Assembly (NCBI GenBank): GCA_001789965.1
Contig: MGBA01000021.1
Span: 28,507 to 92,506, forward strand
DNA length: 64,000 nucleotides
Reading direction: 5' to 3'
From: Candidatus Roizmanbacteria bacterium RIFCSPLOWO2_02_FULL_40_13
Lineage (GTDB): Bacteria; Patescibacteriota; Microgenomatia; UBA1406; GWC2-37-13
Shown: piece by piece, positions 25,563-33,474 of the stretch
Layout: every line of letters begins with the position of its first letter
How positions within the stretch are numbered: the stretch's first letter is position 1
The notes under the pieces: generated by a model
Database searches by the model: none
Seen by the model: the letters and a program-made list of their open reading frames with translations, nothing else
Told to the model about the DNA's origin: nothing
Translations under genes and position numbers: made by a program

Positions 25563-28010
25563 ATGCCCAAGAAGGAGGAAAAACCTCTCGTTTTGTCTGT
25601 TATTGAAAAAGCACTCTACAGCAGTCTTTTTGCCTTAGTTAACTTCTTTATTTTTATAGGAGAGGTTACTACAAATGCATTTTTCGGGCCATTTCGTTTT
25701 CTCTCATTTCTTTCCCAGACGTTTCTTAATCTTCTCGTACTCATAGGACAGATCATAGAAAAAGTATATTCGTTTACACAAAATTTTTTTGTCAATACTC
25801 TTCCCGCATATATAAAAAGCGTATCTAAAATATCTCTTCCAAAGCCTCAGTTTAAGATGCCTAAGGTTTCTATAAAAAAACCAAAATTTAAACTTCCCAA
25901 GTTTACGTTACCAAGAATCAAACTCCGTTTTAAAATACCACACGTGGCTCTTCCTAAATTTCCGACCATTCAGAGAACACTAGAGCCTAAACAACTTAAA
26001 ATTACAAAAGAAAGAAAGGCAAAATTACTAAAAGAGAAAAAGGAACCTGCGCCGCGTGTCCGTTATTTTATTGTAGGATTTGCTACCGCATCGATCATAA
26101 TATTGATTCAGCAGTCATACGTATTTGTAGAATCTTTACCTTCACCTAAAAATATCGGAAAAGTAAATTACTCACTCACCACTCATATTTTTGATAGAAA
26201 CGGGAGACTCTTGTATGAAGTATACCGCGATCAAAACAGAACTCCTATCAAGTTAAAAGATCTTCCACCGTACGTATGGCAAGCATCGGTCGCAATAGAA
26301 GATAAAGATTTTTTCAGACACAATGGAGTCTCTCTTATAGGAGGGATAGTAAGAGCTGCGAAAGAAACATTTTTTACAAAAAATCTTCAAGGAGGGTCAA
26401 CTATTACCCAACAGCTTGTTAAGTCAGCTCTTCTTTCACCAGAACGAACCATAGAAAGAAAATTGCGAGAAATCGTTCTTGCACTTTGGGCAGAAAGACT
26501 TTATACCAAGCAAAGAATTCTAGAGATGTATTTAAATCAAGTTCCATACGGAGGTTCCTCCTATGGTATAGAAGAAGCATCAAAAACGTACTTTACCAAA
26601 TCGGCAAAAGACTTAACTATCTCAGAAGCAGCGCTCCTTGCAGGGTTGCCACAGGCACCTTCAATCTATTCACCGTTTACAAATCCACAATTTGCACAGG
26701 TACGACGAGATGATGTTCTTAAAAAAATGTATGAACAAAGATATATCACCGAGCAACAATACATGAAAGCAAAAAAAAACCCGCTTATTGTAGCTGCGCC
26801 AAAGACTAACATCAAAGCACCTCACTTTGTCTTTTATGTAAAAGGAGAACTTGAACGCCTCTTCGGAATACGTACTGTAGAAGAAGGAGGACTGAGAGTT
26901 CATTCCAGCTTAGATCTTAGTCTTCAGGAAAAAATTCAGGAAATTCTCGCAGATGAACTGGCAAAAATCAAAGGTTTAAACGTCAGCAATGGAGCAGTGC
27001 TGGTGACCAAGCCTTCGACTGGAGAGATTCTTGCGATGGTGGGGTCGGTTGACTATTTCGCAGCCCCTTCAGGCGCTTTCAATGTCACCACGGCCCTCAG
27101 GCAGCCGGGATCATCGATAAAACCGCTTATGTATTCGCTTGCACTATCCAGGGACTTTACTGCGGCTTCGATTTTGGATGATAGTCCCGTTACATTTGCG
27201 CTCCCCGGAGAAACATATAAGCCGGTGAATTATGACGGCAAATTTCATGGTAGGTTGCCGCTTCGGTACGCACTTGCCAATTCTTACAACATTCCCGCAG
27301 TACGAACGCTCAATGCGGTAGGTGTAGACAACTTCGTTAATCATGCAAGAAGCATGGGAATCTCTACGTGGTATGATCCTTCACGGTTTGGTCTATCCTT
27401 GACTTTGGGAGGGGGAGAGGTAAAGATGACCGACATGGCAAAGGCATTTGGAGTATTTGCTAATTTGGGAAACAAAGTAGAAGAGACTCCGGTACTCTGG
27501 GTACAAAATTATTCGGACGAGACGATATATGAAAGAAAACCTGAATCTCAAAAAGTTCTCAGTCCGGGAGTGGGTTACATAATCTCAGACATTTTGTCCG
27601 ACAATGCCGCGCGGCAGCAGGCATTTGGTGCGCGTTCAACTCTTGAAATACCGGGATACAAGGTTGCGGTGAAAACCGGAACTACGGATAGTAAAAAAGA
27701 CAACTGGACGATAGGTTATACGCCAGAATACATGGTAGTTGTGTGGGTTGGAAATAATGATAATACGCCTATGAATCCAGCGCTTACCTCTGGTATCACC
27801 GGAGCAGCGCCTATCTGGAGCAAGGTCATGACCTATCTTTTGACCAATTACAGTAATAAAAACTCATGGTTTAATAAGCCTGAGGATGTGGTCGAGAAGA
27901 GTTGTTATGGAGGACGAACAGAAGTATTTTTAAAAGGAACTGAGAATGTTTATTGCTCCACGCTACCCGTACAAAGACCTTCGGTTTCTCCAACACCGCA
28001 GCCAAACTAA
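25563..28010 (+). CDS. Class A penicillin-binding protein (PBP1A: GT51 transglycosylase plus transpeptidase) with a long N-terminal extension
   Basis: 815-aa ORF. GT51 motifs AIEDKDFFRHNG, GGSTITQQLVK and RKLREI. Transpeptidase motifs SSIKP, SYN and KTGTT. Confidence 0.92.
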   Translation: MPKKEEKPLVLSVIEKALYSSLFALVNFFIFIGEVTTNAFFGPFRFLSFLSQTFLNLLVLIGQIIEKVYSFTQNFFVNTLPAYIKSVSKISLPKPQFKMPKVSIKKPKFKLPKFTLPRIKLRFKIPHVALPKFPTIQRTLEPKQLKITKERKAKLLKEKKEPAPRVRYFIVGFATASIIILIQQSYVFVESLPSPKNIGKVNYSLTTHIFDRNGRLLYEVYRDQNRTPIKLKDLPPYVWQASVAIEDKDFFRHNGVSLIGGIVRAAKETFFTKNLQGGSTITQQLVKSALLSPERTIERKLREIVLALWAERLYTKQRILEMYLNQVPYGGSSYGIEEASKTYFTKSAKDLTISEAALLAGLPQAPSIYSPFTNPQFAQVRRDDVLKKMYEQRYITEQQYMKAKKNPLIVAAPKTNIKAPHFVFYVKGELERLFGIRTVEEGGLRVHSSLDLSLQEKIQEILADELAKIKGLNVSNGAVLVTKPSTGEILAMVGSVDYFAAPSGAFNVTTALRQPGSSIKPLMYSLALSRDFTAASILDDSPVTFALPGETYKPVNYDGKFHGRLPLRYALANSYNIPAVRTLNAVGVDNFVNHARSMGISTWYDPSRFGLSLTLGGGEVKMTDMAKAFGVFANLGNKVEETPVLWVQNYSDETIYERKPESQKVLSPGVGYIISDILSDNAARQQAFGARSTLEIPGYKVAVKTGTTDSKKDNWTIGYTPEYMVVVWVGNNDNTPMNPALTSGITGAAPIWSKVMTYLLTNYSNKNSWFNKPEDVVEKSCYGGRTEVFLKGTENVYCSTLPVQRPSVSPTPQPN

Positions 28011-29239
28011 CTCTTTGGTTTTATCTCCTTAAACCCCGTATATTTTTGAAGAGCTTGAGGGATTCTAACAGATCCGTCTTTTTCCTGAAAGTTTTCTAGT
28101 ATCGCGATTAACGGCCTTCCTGAAAACGCTGTACCGTTTAAAATGTGAACAAATTTCTTTTCGTTGCCATCTTGATATTTAATATTCAATCTTCGCGATT
28201 GAAAGTCAGTGGTGGTGGAAGTTGACGTTACTTCTCTGTATTTATTTTGTGAAGGCATCCATGCTTCAATATCATATTTTCGCGCAGCTGGAAATCCCAG
28301 ATCTCCTGTGCACATTTTGACTACTTGATAAGGAATTTCAAGCATCTGAAACAGTTTTTCCTCTAGCGATAAAAGATATTCGTGCTCTTTGTCGCCTTCT
28401 TCTGGAGCAACAAAAGATACCATCTCTACTTTATTAAATTGGTGGAGACGAAGGATTCCTTTCACATCTTTTCCATACGATCCTGACTCGCGGCGAAAGC
28501 TGGTGGAGTATCCGACATAACGCTTAGGGAGATTTTTCTTTTGTAAAACTTCGTCTCTATGTATGGGGACAATAGATTGCTCTGCTGTTCCAACAAGAAA
28601 CAACTTATCTTTTTCCAAAAAAAACATATCGTCTCCTCCTTCATTTTCTAAATACCCAAGTCTAGACATCGTATCTTCTGTTACAAGAACTGGTGGTATC
28701 ACTGGAACAAATCCCTCCTTGATGAGAGTTTCCATTGCAAGTTGCACTAAAGCAAGTTCAAGAAGCGCGCCTTCATTTTTCAAATATCCAAATCGAGAGC
28801 CGGATACTTTTGCGGCACGTTTTACATCAATGACGTCTAACGACTCTCCGAGTTGAAGATGATCTTTGAGTTCAAAAGAGAACTTTGTTGGATCGCCATA
28901 CTTTTTAATTACCTCGTTTTCCTGTTCGCTTTTTCCAACTTTAACGTCTTTTGCCCCAATATTTGGAATTTGATAGAGAACTTCATTAAGTTTTGATTCG
29001 AGATTCCTCAATTCGATCTCTTTTTTTCTAAGCTCTTCTTTGATTTTTTTTCCTTCTTCTACATTTTTCTCTTTGGCTGTTCTATTTTTTTTTGATTGCA
29101 ATTCCTGAACATTAGTCAGAAGTTTTTTATACTTCTCATCTAATTCAAGAACACTTTTGATGTCAACTGTGATCCCTTTATCTTTAGAGGCTTTTTCGAC
29201 TACTTTTGAATTTTCACGAATGAATTTTATGTCGAGCAT
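28007..29239 (-). CDS. serS: Seryl-tRNA synthetase
   Basis: 410-aa ORF. MLDIKFIREN start, coiled-coil arm, and class II motifs FRRESGSYGKD and GTAFSGRPLIAILENFQ. Confidence 0.95.
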   Translation of the reverse strand: MLDIKFIRENSKVVEKASKDKGITVDIKSVLELDEKYKKLLTNVQELQSKKNRTAKEKNVEEGKKIKEELRKKEIELRNLESKLNEVLYQIPNIGAKDVKVGKSEQENEVIKKYGDPTKFSFELKDHLQLGESLDVIDVKRAAKVSGSRFGYLKNEGALLELALVQLAMETLIKEGFVPVIPPVLVTEDTMSRLGYLENEGGDDMFFLEKDKLFLVGTAEQSIVPIHRDEVLQKKNLPKRYVGYSTSFRRESGSYGKDVKGILRLHQFNKVEMVSFVAPEEGDKEHEYLLSLEEKLFQMLEIPYQVVKMCTGDLGFPAARKYDIEAWMPSQNKYREVTSTSTTTDFQSRRLNIKYQDGNEKKFVHILNGTAFSGRPLIAILENFQEKDGSVRIPQALQKYTGFKEIKPKS

Positions 29240-29240
29240 A

Positions 29241-29855
29241 TTATTTAAGATTGAGAGTTTCTATGATGGTGGGTTTTAATTTTTGGATTGCGTTATATCT
29301 GTGATTATACAATTTTTCTTCTTCTTCGGTAAGTTCATTTGTATGATAGTACTTTCCAACTTCTGGAAGAAAAAAGAAAGATCGGTACGGTAGTCCTTCA
29401 AGTAATGTGTTTAGCGGCTTTTTAGCGATAATTCCATCAATTCTTCCTTCTACGGTCGTAATTACTTTTTTTGGTAACACAAAAGATATGACTGCTCTAA
29501 AACATGCGCGACGGTTTTCGTTTGGGAGATTTTTCGAAACCTTAATCATATTTTCAAGTAGCTCTTTATCTTCTCCTTTGGGGCCGAGCCATCTGTTGCT
29601 TTTTACTCCCGGAGCTCCACCAAGGGCTTCGATCTCGATTCCACCGTCATCAGCAAGTGTGGGCAAGTTACTTAATCCTGCGTAAAATAATGCTTTCTTT
29701 TTCGAATTCTCTTCGTACGTATCACCGTCTTCTGCAACATCATCAGTAATCCCAACATCCTCAAGCGAGAGTAGTTCAAGAGGCAGGTCGGAAAGATATT
29801 CTTTCAACTCTTTCAGCTTCCCTTTGTTTTTAGTTGCGATTAGTAGTTTTTGCAT
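29241..29855 (-). CDS. rdgB: Non-canonical purine NTP pyrophosphatase (RdgB/HAM1 family)
   Basis: 204-aa ORF with ATKNKGKLKE, EDGDTYEENSKKKA, DDGGIEIEALGGAPGV and a C-terminal HRYNAIQK. Confidence 0.88.
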   Translation of the reverse strand: MQKLLIATKNKGKLKELKEYLSDLPLELLSLEDVGITDDVAEDGDTYEENSKKKALFYAGLSNLPTLADDGGIEIEALGGAPGVKSNRWLGPKGEDKELLENMIKVSKNLPNENRRACFRAVISFVLPKKVITTVEGRIDGIIAKKPLNTLLEGLPYRSFFFLPEVGKYYHTNELTEEEEKLYNHRYNAIQKLKPTIIETLNLK

Positions 29856-29864
29856 GAAGTTTCT

Positions 29865-29873
29865 ATTTTAACA
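29865..29873 (-). promoter_or_regulatory. Candidate extended -10 promoter (TGTTAAAAT) for rdgB, 9 nt from the ATG
   Basis: The minus strand reads TGTTAAAAT-agaaacttc-ATG. No Shine-Dalgarno motif is present. Confidence 0.35.
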
Positions 29874-29882
29874 TGATAAGAT
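29874..29882 (+). promoter_or_regulatory. Candidate extended -10 promoter (TGATAAGAT) for pyrF, 13 nt from the ATG
   Basis: The plus strand reads TGATAAGAT-atatgaaatattc-ATG. It abuts the rdgB element back to back. Confidence 0.3.
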
Positions 29883-29895
29883 ATATGAAATATTC

Positions 29896-30711
29896 ATGAA
29901 TTTCCAGCAAAAACTTAAGAAAATCGTTAAGAAAAACAACTCTCTGGTTTGTCTGGGACTTGATCCTGAGATTGAAAAAATACCAAGTATATTTAGAAAA
30001 AGAAGAAACCCTCTCTTCTCCTTTAATAAGGAAATTATCGACTCTACATATTTTCTGGTTGGAGCATACAAACCAAATATCGCATTTTATGAAGCGTATG
30101 GATTGGAAGGACTCAAAGAATTAAAGCTTACGATGACGTATTTGCAGGAAAAATATTCTGAAGTTCCCGTGATACTTGATGCAAAAAGAGGAGATATCGG
30201 AAATACGGCAAAGATGTATGCAAAAGCAGTTTTTGAATACTGGAACGCTGACGCTGTTACCGTATATCCTCATCTGGGTCTTGACTCATTACTACCTTTT
30301 TTCGCCTATAAAGACAAGTTGACAATTCTTTTGATCAAAACCTCAAATCCCGACTCAAAAGTTTTTCAAGATATGAAGACAAACGGAGAGCCCTATTATT
30401 ACGCCCTGGCTAAAAAAATTAGCAAGTGGAACTATAAAAACTACGGAATCTTTGTTGGTGCAACATATCCTAAGGAACTGAAGGCGATACGGAAACTTTT
30501 CCCTGACAAATCAATGCTTTCTGCCGGGCTTGGAGCTCAAAAAGCAGCAATTGGCGAAGCAGTTAAAGCGGGGATAGATAAAAACGGAGAAAATATCGTA
30601 TTCAATGCCAGTAGAAGTATCCTCTACGCCTCATCTGGAAAGGATTTTGCAAAAGCCGCGCAGAAGGAAACAAAAAAATTAAAAGAACTCATAAACTCTT
30701 TTCGTAGATAA
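29896..30711 (+). CDS. pyrF: Orotidine 5'-phosphate decarboxylase, type 2
   Basis: 271-aa ORF with CLGLDPE, KPNIAFYE and the catalytic DAKRGDIGNT. Confidence 0.9.
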   Translation: MNFQQKLKKIVKKNNSLVCLGLDPEIEKIPSIFRKRRNPLFSFNKEIIDSTYFLVGAYKPNIAFYEAYGLEGLKELKLTMTYLQEKYSEVPVILDAKRGDIGNTAKMYAKAVFEYWNADAVTVYPHLGLDSLLPFFAYKDKLTILLIKTSNPDSKVFQDMKTNGEPYYYALAKKISKWNYKNYGIFVGATYPKELKAIRKLFPDKSMLSAGLGAQKAAIGEAVKAGIDKNGENIVFNASRSILYASSGKDFAKAAQKETKKLKELINSFRR

Positions 30712-30713
30712 AA

Positions 30714-32231
30714 CTACTCCCACTCCATTGTTGCAGGAGGTTTGGTCGTAATATCATATACTACACGTGAGATTCTAGGAACTTCATTGACGATTCTAGA
30801 GGAGATCTTTTGAAGGAGGTCGTAGGGGAGTCTGGCCCAGTCAGTAGTCATGACATCTTTAGATTCAATGATTCTTAAAGCGATTACTTCCAGCAGTTCA
30901 CGCGCATCACCTTTTACAGCAGTACTTACCGTATTTGTCATAACCGGAAAGCTCATATAAATTTTATCGTACAATCCTGCTTTTGTTATTTCCTCAATTA
31001 CTATAGAATCCGCTTTTTGTAGCTGCTCAAGTCTTTCAGGAGTTACTTCGCCGACAATTCTTATCGCCTGACCAGGTCCAGGAAAAACCTGTTTGTTTAC
31101 AACGCTTTTTGGCAATCCGAGTCTTAATCCGATCTTTCTCACCTCGTCCTTATAAAAATGCCTCAGCGGCTCTAAGAGCTGTAGATTCATTTTCGTTGGC
31201 AAGCCACCGACATTGTGGTGAGATTTGATTTTATCCGCATTTTTGCTTCCCTTGCTTTCTATAACATCTGAATAAATAGTACCTTGAGCAAGATATCTGA
31301 CACCTGTTATTTTCTTTGCTTCTTTTTCAAAAAGATCAATATAAAGTTTTCCGATGATTTTACGTTTAACTTCGGCATCTTTTGCCCCCCTCAGTTTTTT
31401 AAGAAAAAGTTTCTGCGCCTCGACGACAACCGGCTTAATCTTCAAGTGCTTTTTAAATATTCTCTTCACCTCTTCTTTAGTTCCGATTCTCATGAGACCG
31501 CTCTCAATGTAGATAGGATGAAGTTTCTTACCGATGGCCTTTCCGATAAGAGTAGCCGCAACAGATGAGTCTACTCCTCCTGAGACCGCGCAGATTACTT
31601 TTTGATCTTTTACGACGTTTTTTATTTGTTTAATGAGATCATTGACCGAAATGTTGTAGGTTTTTAAATTGAGCTTGCAGATTTTTGTCGCAAAGTTTTT
31701 TAAAATTTCGACACCAAAAACTGTGTGTTCGACTTCAGGATGAAACTGGATACCAAATATTTTTTTATCGAGATTTGCAGCAGCGGCAAATTTTACACTT
31801 TCAGTTTCTGCTAGCGGTCTATAACCCTTGGGAAGTTTAGTAACTGTAGTCCCATGGCTAACCCAAACTTTGGAATAGCTCTCAACATTAGAAAACAACG
31901 GTTCAGTCCGGTCGATTCTTAGATTTGCAGGTCCATATTCCTTGTGACCGGAAATTACCTTTCCTCCGAGTAAATAGGCGGTAAGTTGCCAGCCGTAACA
32001 TATCCCCAGAATTGGAAGTCCGAGTTGAAAAACCTTTTTGTTTATTCTGGGAGCGCCTTTTTCAAATACGGATGAAGGACCACCGGAAAAGATCAAGCCG
32101 GCAGGCTTCAGTTTTTTAATTTCGTAGATTGCATTTTCAGGGTCGATTATCTGTGTTTTGATTCCTATATCGCGCAGTCGTCTTGCAATAAGATGGGCAG
32201 TTTGGGAGCCGAAATCTACAACGAGAATCAT
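30714..32231 (-). CDS. guaA: GMP synthase (glutamine-hydrolysing)
   Basis: 505-aa ORF. GATase ICYGWQ/FHPE, PP-loop SGGVDSSVAA, and a C-terminal KPPATMEWE. Confidence 0.96.
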   Translation of the reverse strand: MILVVDFGSQTAHLIARRLRDIGIKTQIIDPENAIYEIKKLKPAGLIFSGGPSSVFEKGAPRINKKVFQLGLPILGICYGWQLTAYLLGGKVISGHKEYGPANLRIDRTEPLFSNVESYSKVWVSHGTTVTKLPKGYRPLAETESVKFAAAANLDKKIFGIQFHPEVEHTVFGVEILKNFATKICKLNLKTYNISVNDLIKQIKNVVKDQKVICAVSGGVDSSVAATLIGKAIGKKLHPIYIESGLMRIGTKEEVKRIFKKHLKIKPVVVEAQKLFLKKLRGAKDAEVKRKIIGKLYIDLFEKEAKKITGVRYLAQGTIYSDVIESKGSKNADKIKSHHNVGGLPTKMNLQLLEPLRHFYKDEVRKIGLRLGLPKSVVNKQVFPGPGQAIRIVGEVTPERLEQLQKADSIVIEEITKAGLYDKIYMSFPVMTNTVSTAVKGDARELLEVIALRIIESKDVMTTDWARLPYDLLQKISSRIVNEVPRISRVVYDITTKPPATMEWE

Positions 32232-32235
32232 ACGG

Positions 32236-33381
32236 TCAGCTTAAATAATTATCTCCGGGATCTTCAACAATGATGCTATGTGGATGACTTTCAGCAAATC
32301 CTGCGCTCGATATTCTTATAAATCTCGCTTTTTTGAAGAACTCTGAGAGATTTTTCGATCCAAGATAATAAAAGGAACTTTGCAAACTACCACGGACCTG
32401 ATGCATAAAATCGCTCGTTTTCCCCTTGTACGGCACAAAACCTTCGACCCCTTCTGGAATCAGTTTTCTTTTTTCATTTCTTTCTTGTCCGTATCGCTCG
32501 GCAGATCCCTTACGCATTGCGGTTGTTGAGCCCATTCCCCGATACGCCTTGTATTTTTTCCCTTTTATCGTAACAACTCTTCCGGGTGATTCTTTAAGCC
32601 GCGCAAGAAGACTTCCGAGCATTACAGCCTTTGCTCCAAATCCCAACGCTTTTGCAATGTCACCGATTTGTTTAATCCCACCGTCAGCGATTACTGTTAC
32701 ACGGGATCCAACTGTCGCACGCATTGCTTCCCGCACTGCCGTTACCTGAGGCGTCCCCATGCCGGTTATAACCCGAGTCGAACAAATACTTCCCGGACCC
32801 ATGCCAACTCGCAAAATATCAGCCTTTTCTTTCACCAGTGCTTTTGCGCCTTCGTACGTGGAAACGTTTCCGGCCATTACAATTTTTTTAGGAAATGTTT
32901 TTTTAATATAGCGGAGAATGTCGATGATGGATTTGGAATGTCCGTGACCCGAATCGATAAGAATTACATCTATCTCACTGGAAACAAGCTTTTCAGCTCT
33001 TTCTTTCAGATCTTTACCCGAACCTACAGCAGCCGCGACAAGCAGTCGCCCTTTTTTATCAGTGGCAGCTTTTGCTTTGTCGGTGACCCTAGTTTTTTTT
33101 ACTTGCTTGACCATTACTATCTGTTTTTCTATTGACAGATTTCTGTGTATTACTCCCAGACCTCCACTTTGAGCCATAGCAATTGCCATTGCGTCTTCTG
33201 TTACCGTATCCATCGGAGATGAAATCAAAGGAAGTTTTAATTCAATATCAGGATGGAGGGAAGTGTTTAAATTTATATCCCGACGCCGAGTGTCGCTGTA
33301 ATTGGGAAGAAGAAGTACGTCGTCAAAACTGAGACCCTCGAAAGAAACTATCTTGTTTCGGAGAATTTTGAGGTCGTCCAT
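32236..33381 (-). CDS. guaB: IMP dehydrogenase, short form lacking the CBS/Bateman subdomain
   Basis: 381-aa ORF with LSFDDVLLLP, the catalytic loop GMGPGSICSTR, and ADGGIK, GSLLA, YRGMGS. A ~25-aa linker sits where the CBS pair normally is. Confidence 0.88.
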   Translation of the reverse strand: MDDLKILRNKIVSFEGLSFDDVLLLPNYSDTRRRDINLNTSLHPDIELKLPLISSPMDTVTEDAMAIAMAQSGGLGVIHRNLSIEKQIVMVKQVKKTRVTDKAKAATDKKGRLLVAAAVGSGKDLKERAEKLVSSEIDVILIDSGHGHSKSIIDILRYIKKTFPKKIVMAGNVSTYEGAKALVKEKADILRVGMGPGSICSTRVITGMGTPQVTAVREAMRATVGSRVTVIADGGIKQIGDIAKALGFGAKAVMLGSLLARLKESPGRVVTIKGKKYKAYRGMGSTTAMRKGSAERYGQERNEKRKLIPEGVEGFVPYKGKTSDFMHQVRGSLQSSFYYLGSKNLSEFFKKARFIRISSAGFAESHPHSIIVEDPGDNYLS

Positions 33382-33429
33382 ATATTATTATAAAGGATCA
33401 AAAACTTATTTCAAGTGATTCTTGGGCAC

Positions 33430-33458
33430 ATAGTAGTAGTTTTGCTTTAAGAAGTCAA
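33430..33458 (-). promoter_or_regulatory. Candidate sigma-70-type promoter for guaB-guaA (TTGACT-17-TACTAT)
   Basis: The minus strand reads TTGACT, a 17-nt spacer, then TACTAT, about 48 nt upstream of the guaB ATG. Confidence 0.35.
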
Positions 33459-33474
33459 CAGTCGTGGATTGTTG

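Noticed and set aside
32668-33135. 155-aa plus-strand ORF (and the 107-aa ORF at 32426-32749) inside guaB
   Set aside because: Both lie antisense to a confidently identified IMPDH gene. Their sequences are Cys/Phe/Arg-rich nonsense typical of antisense frames.
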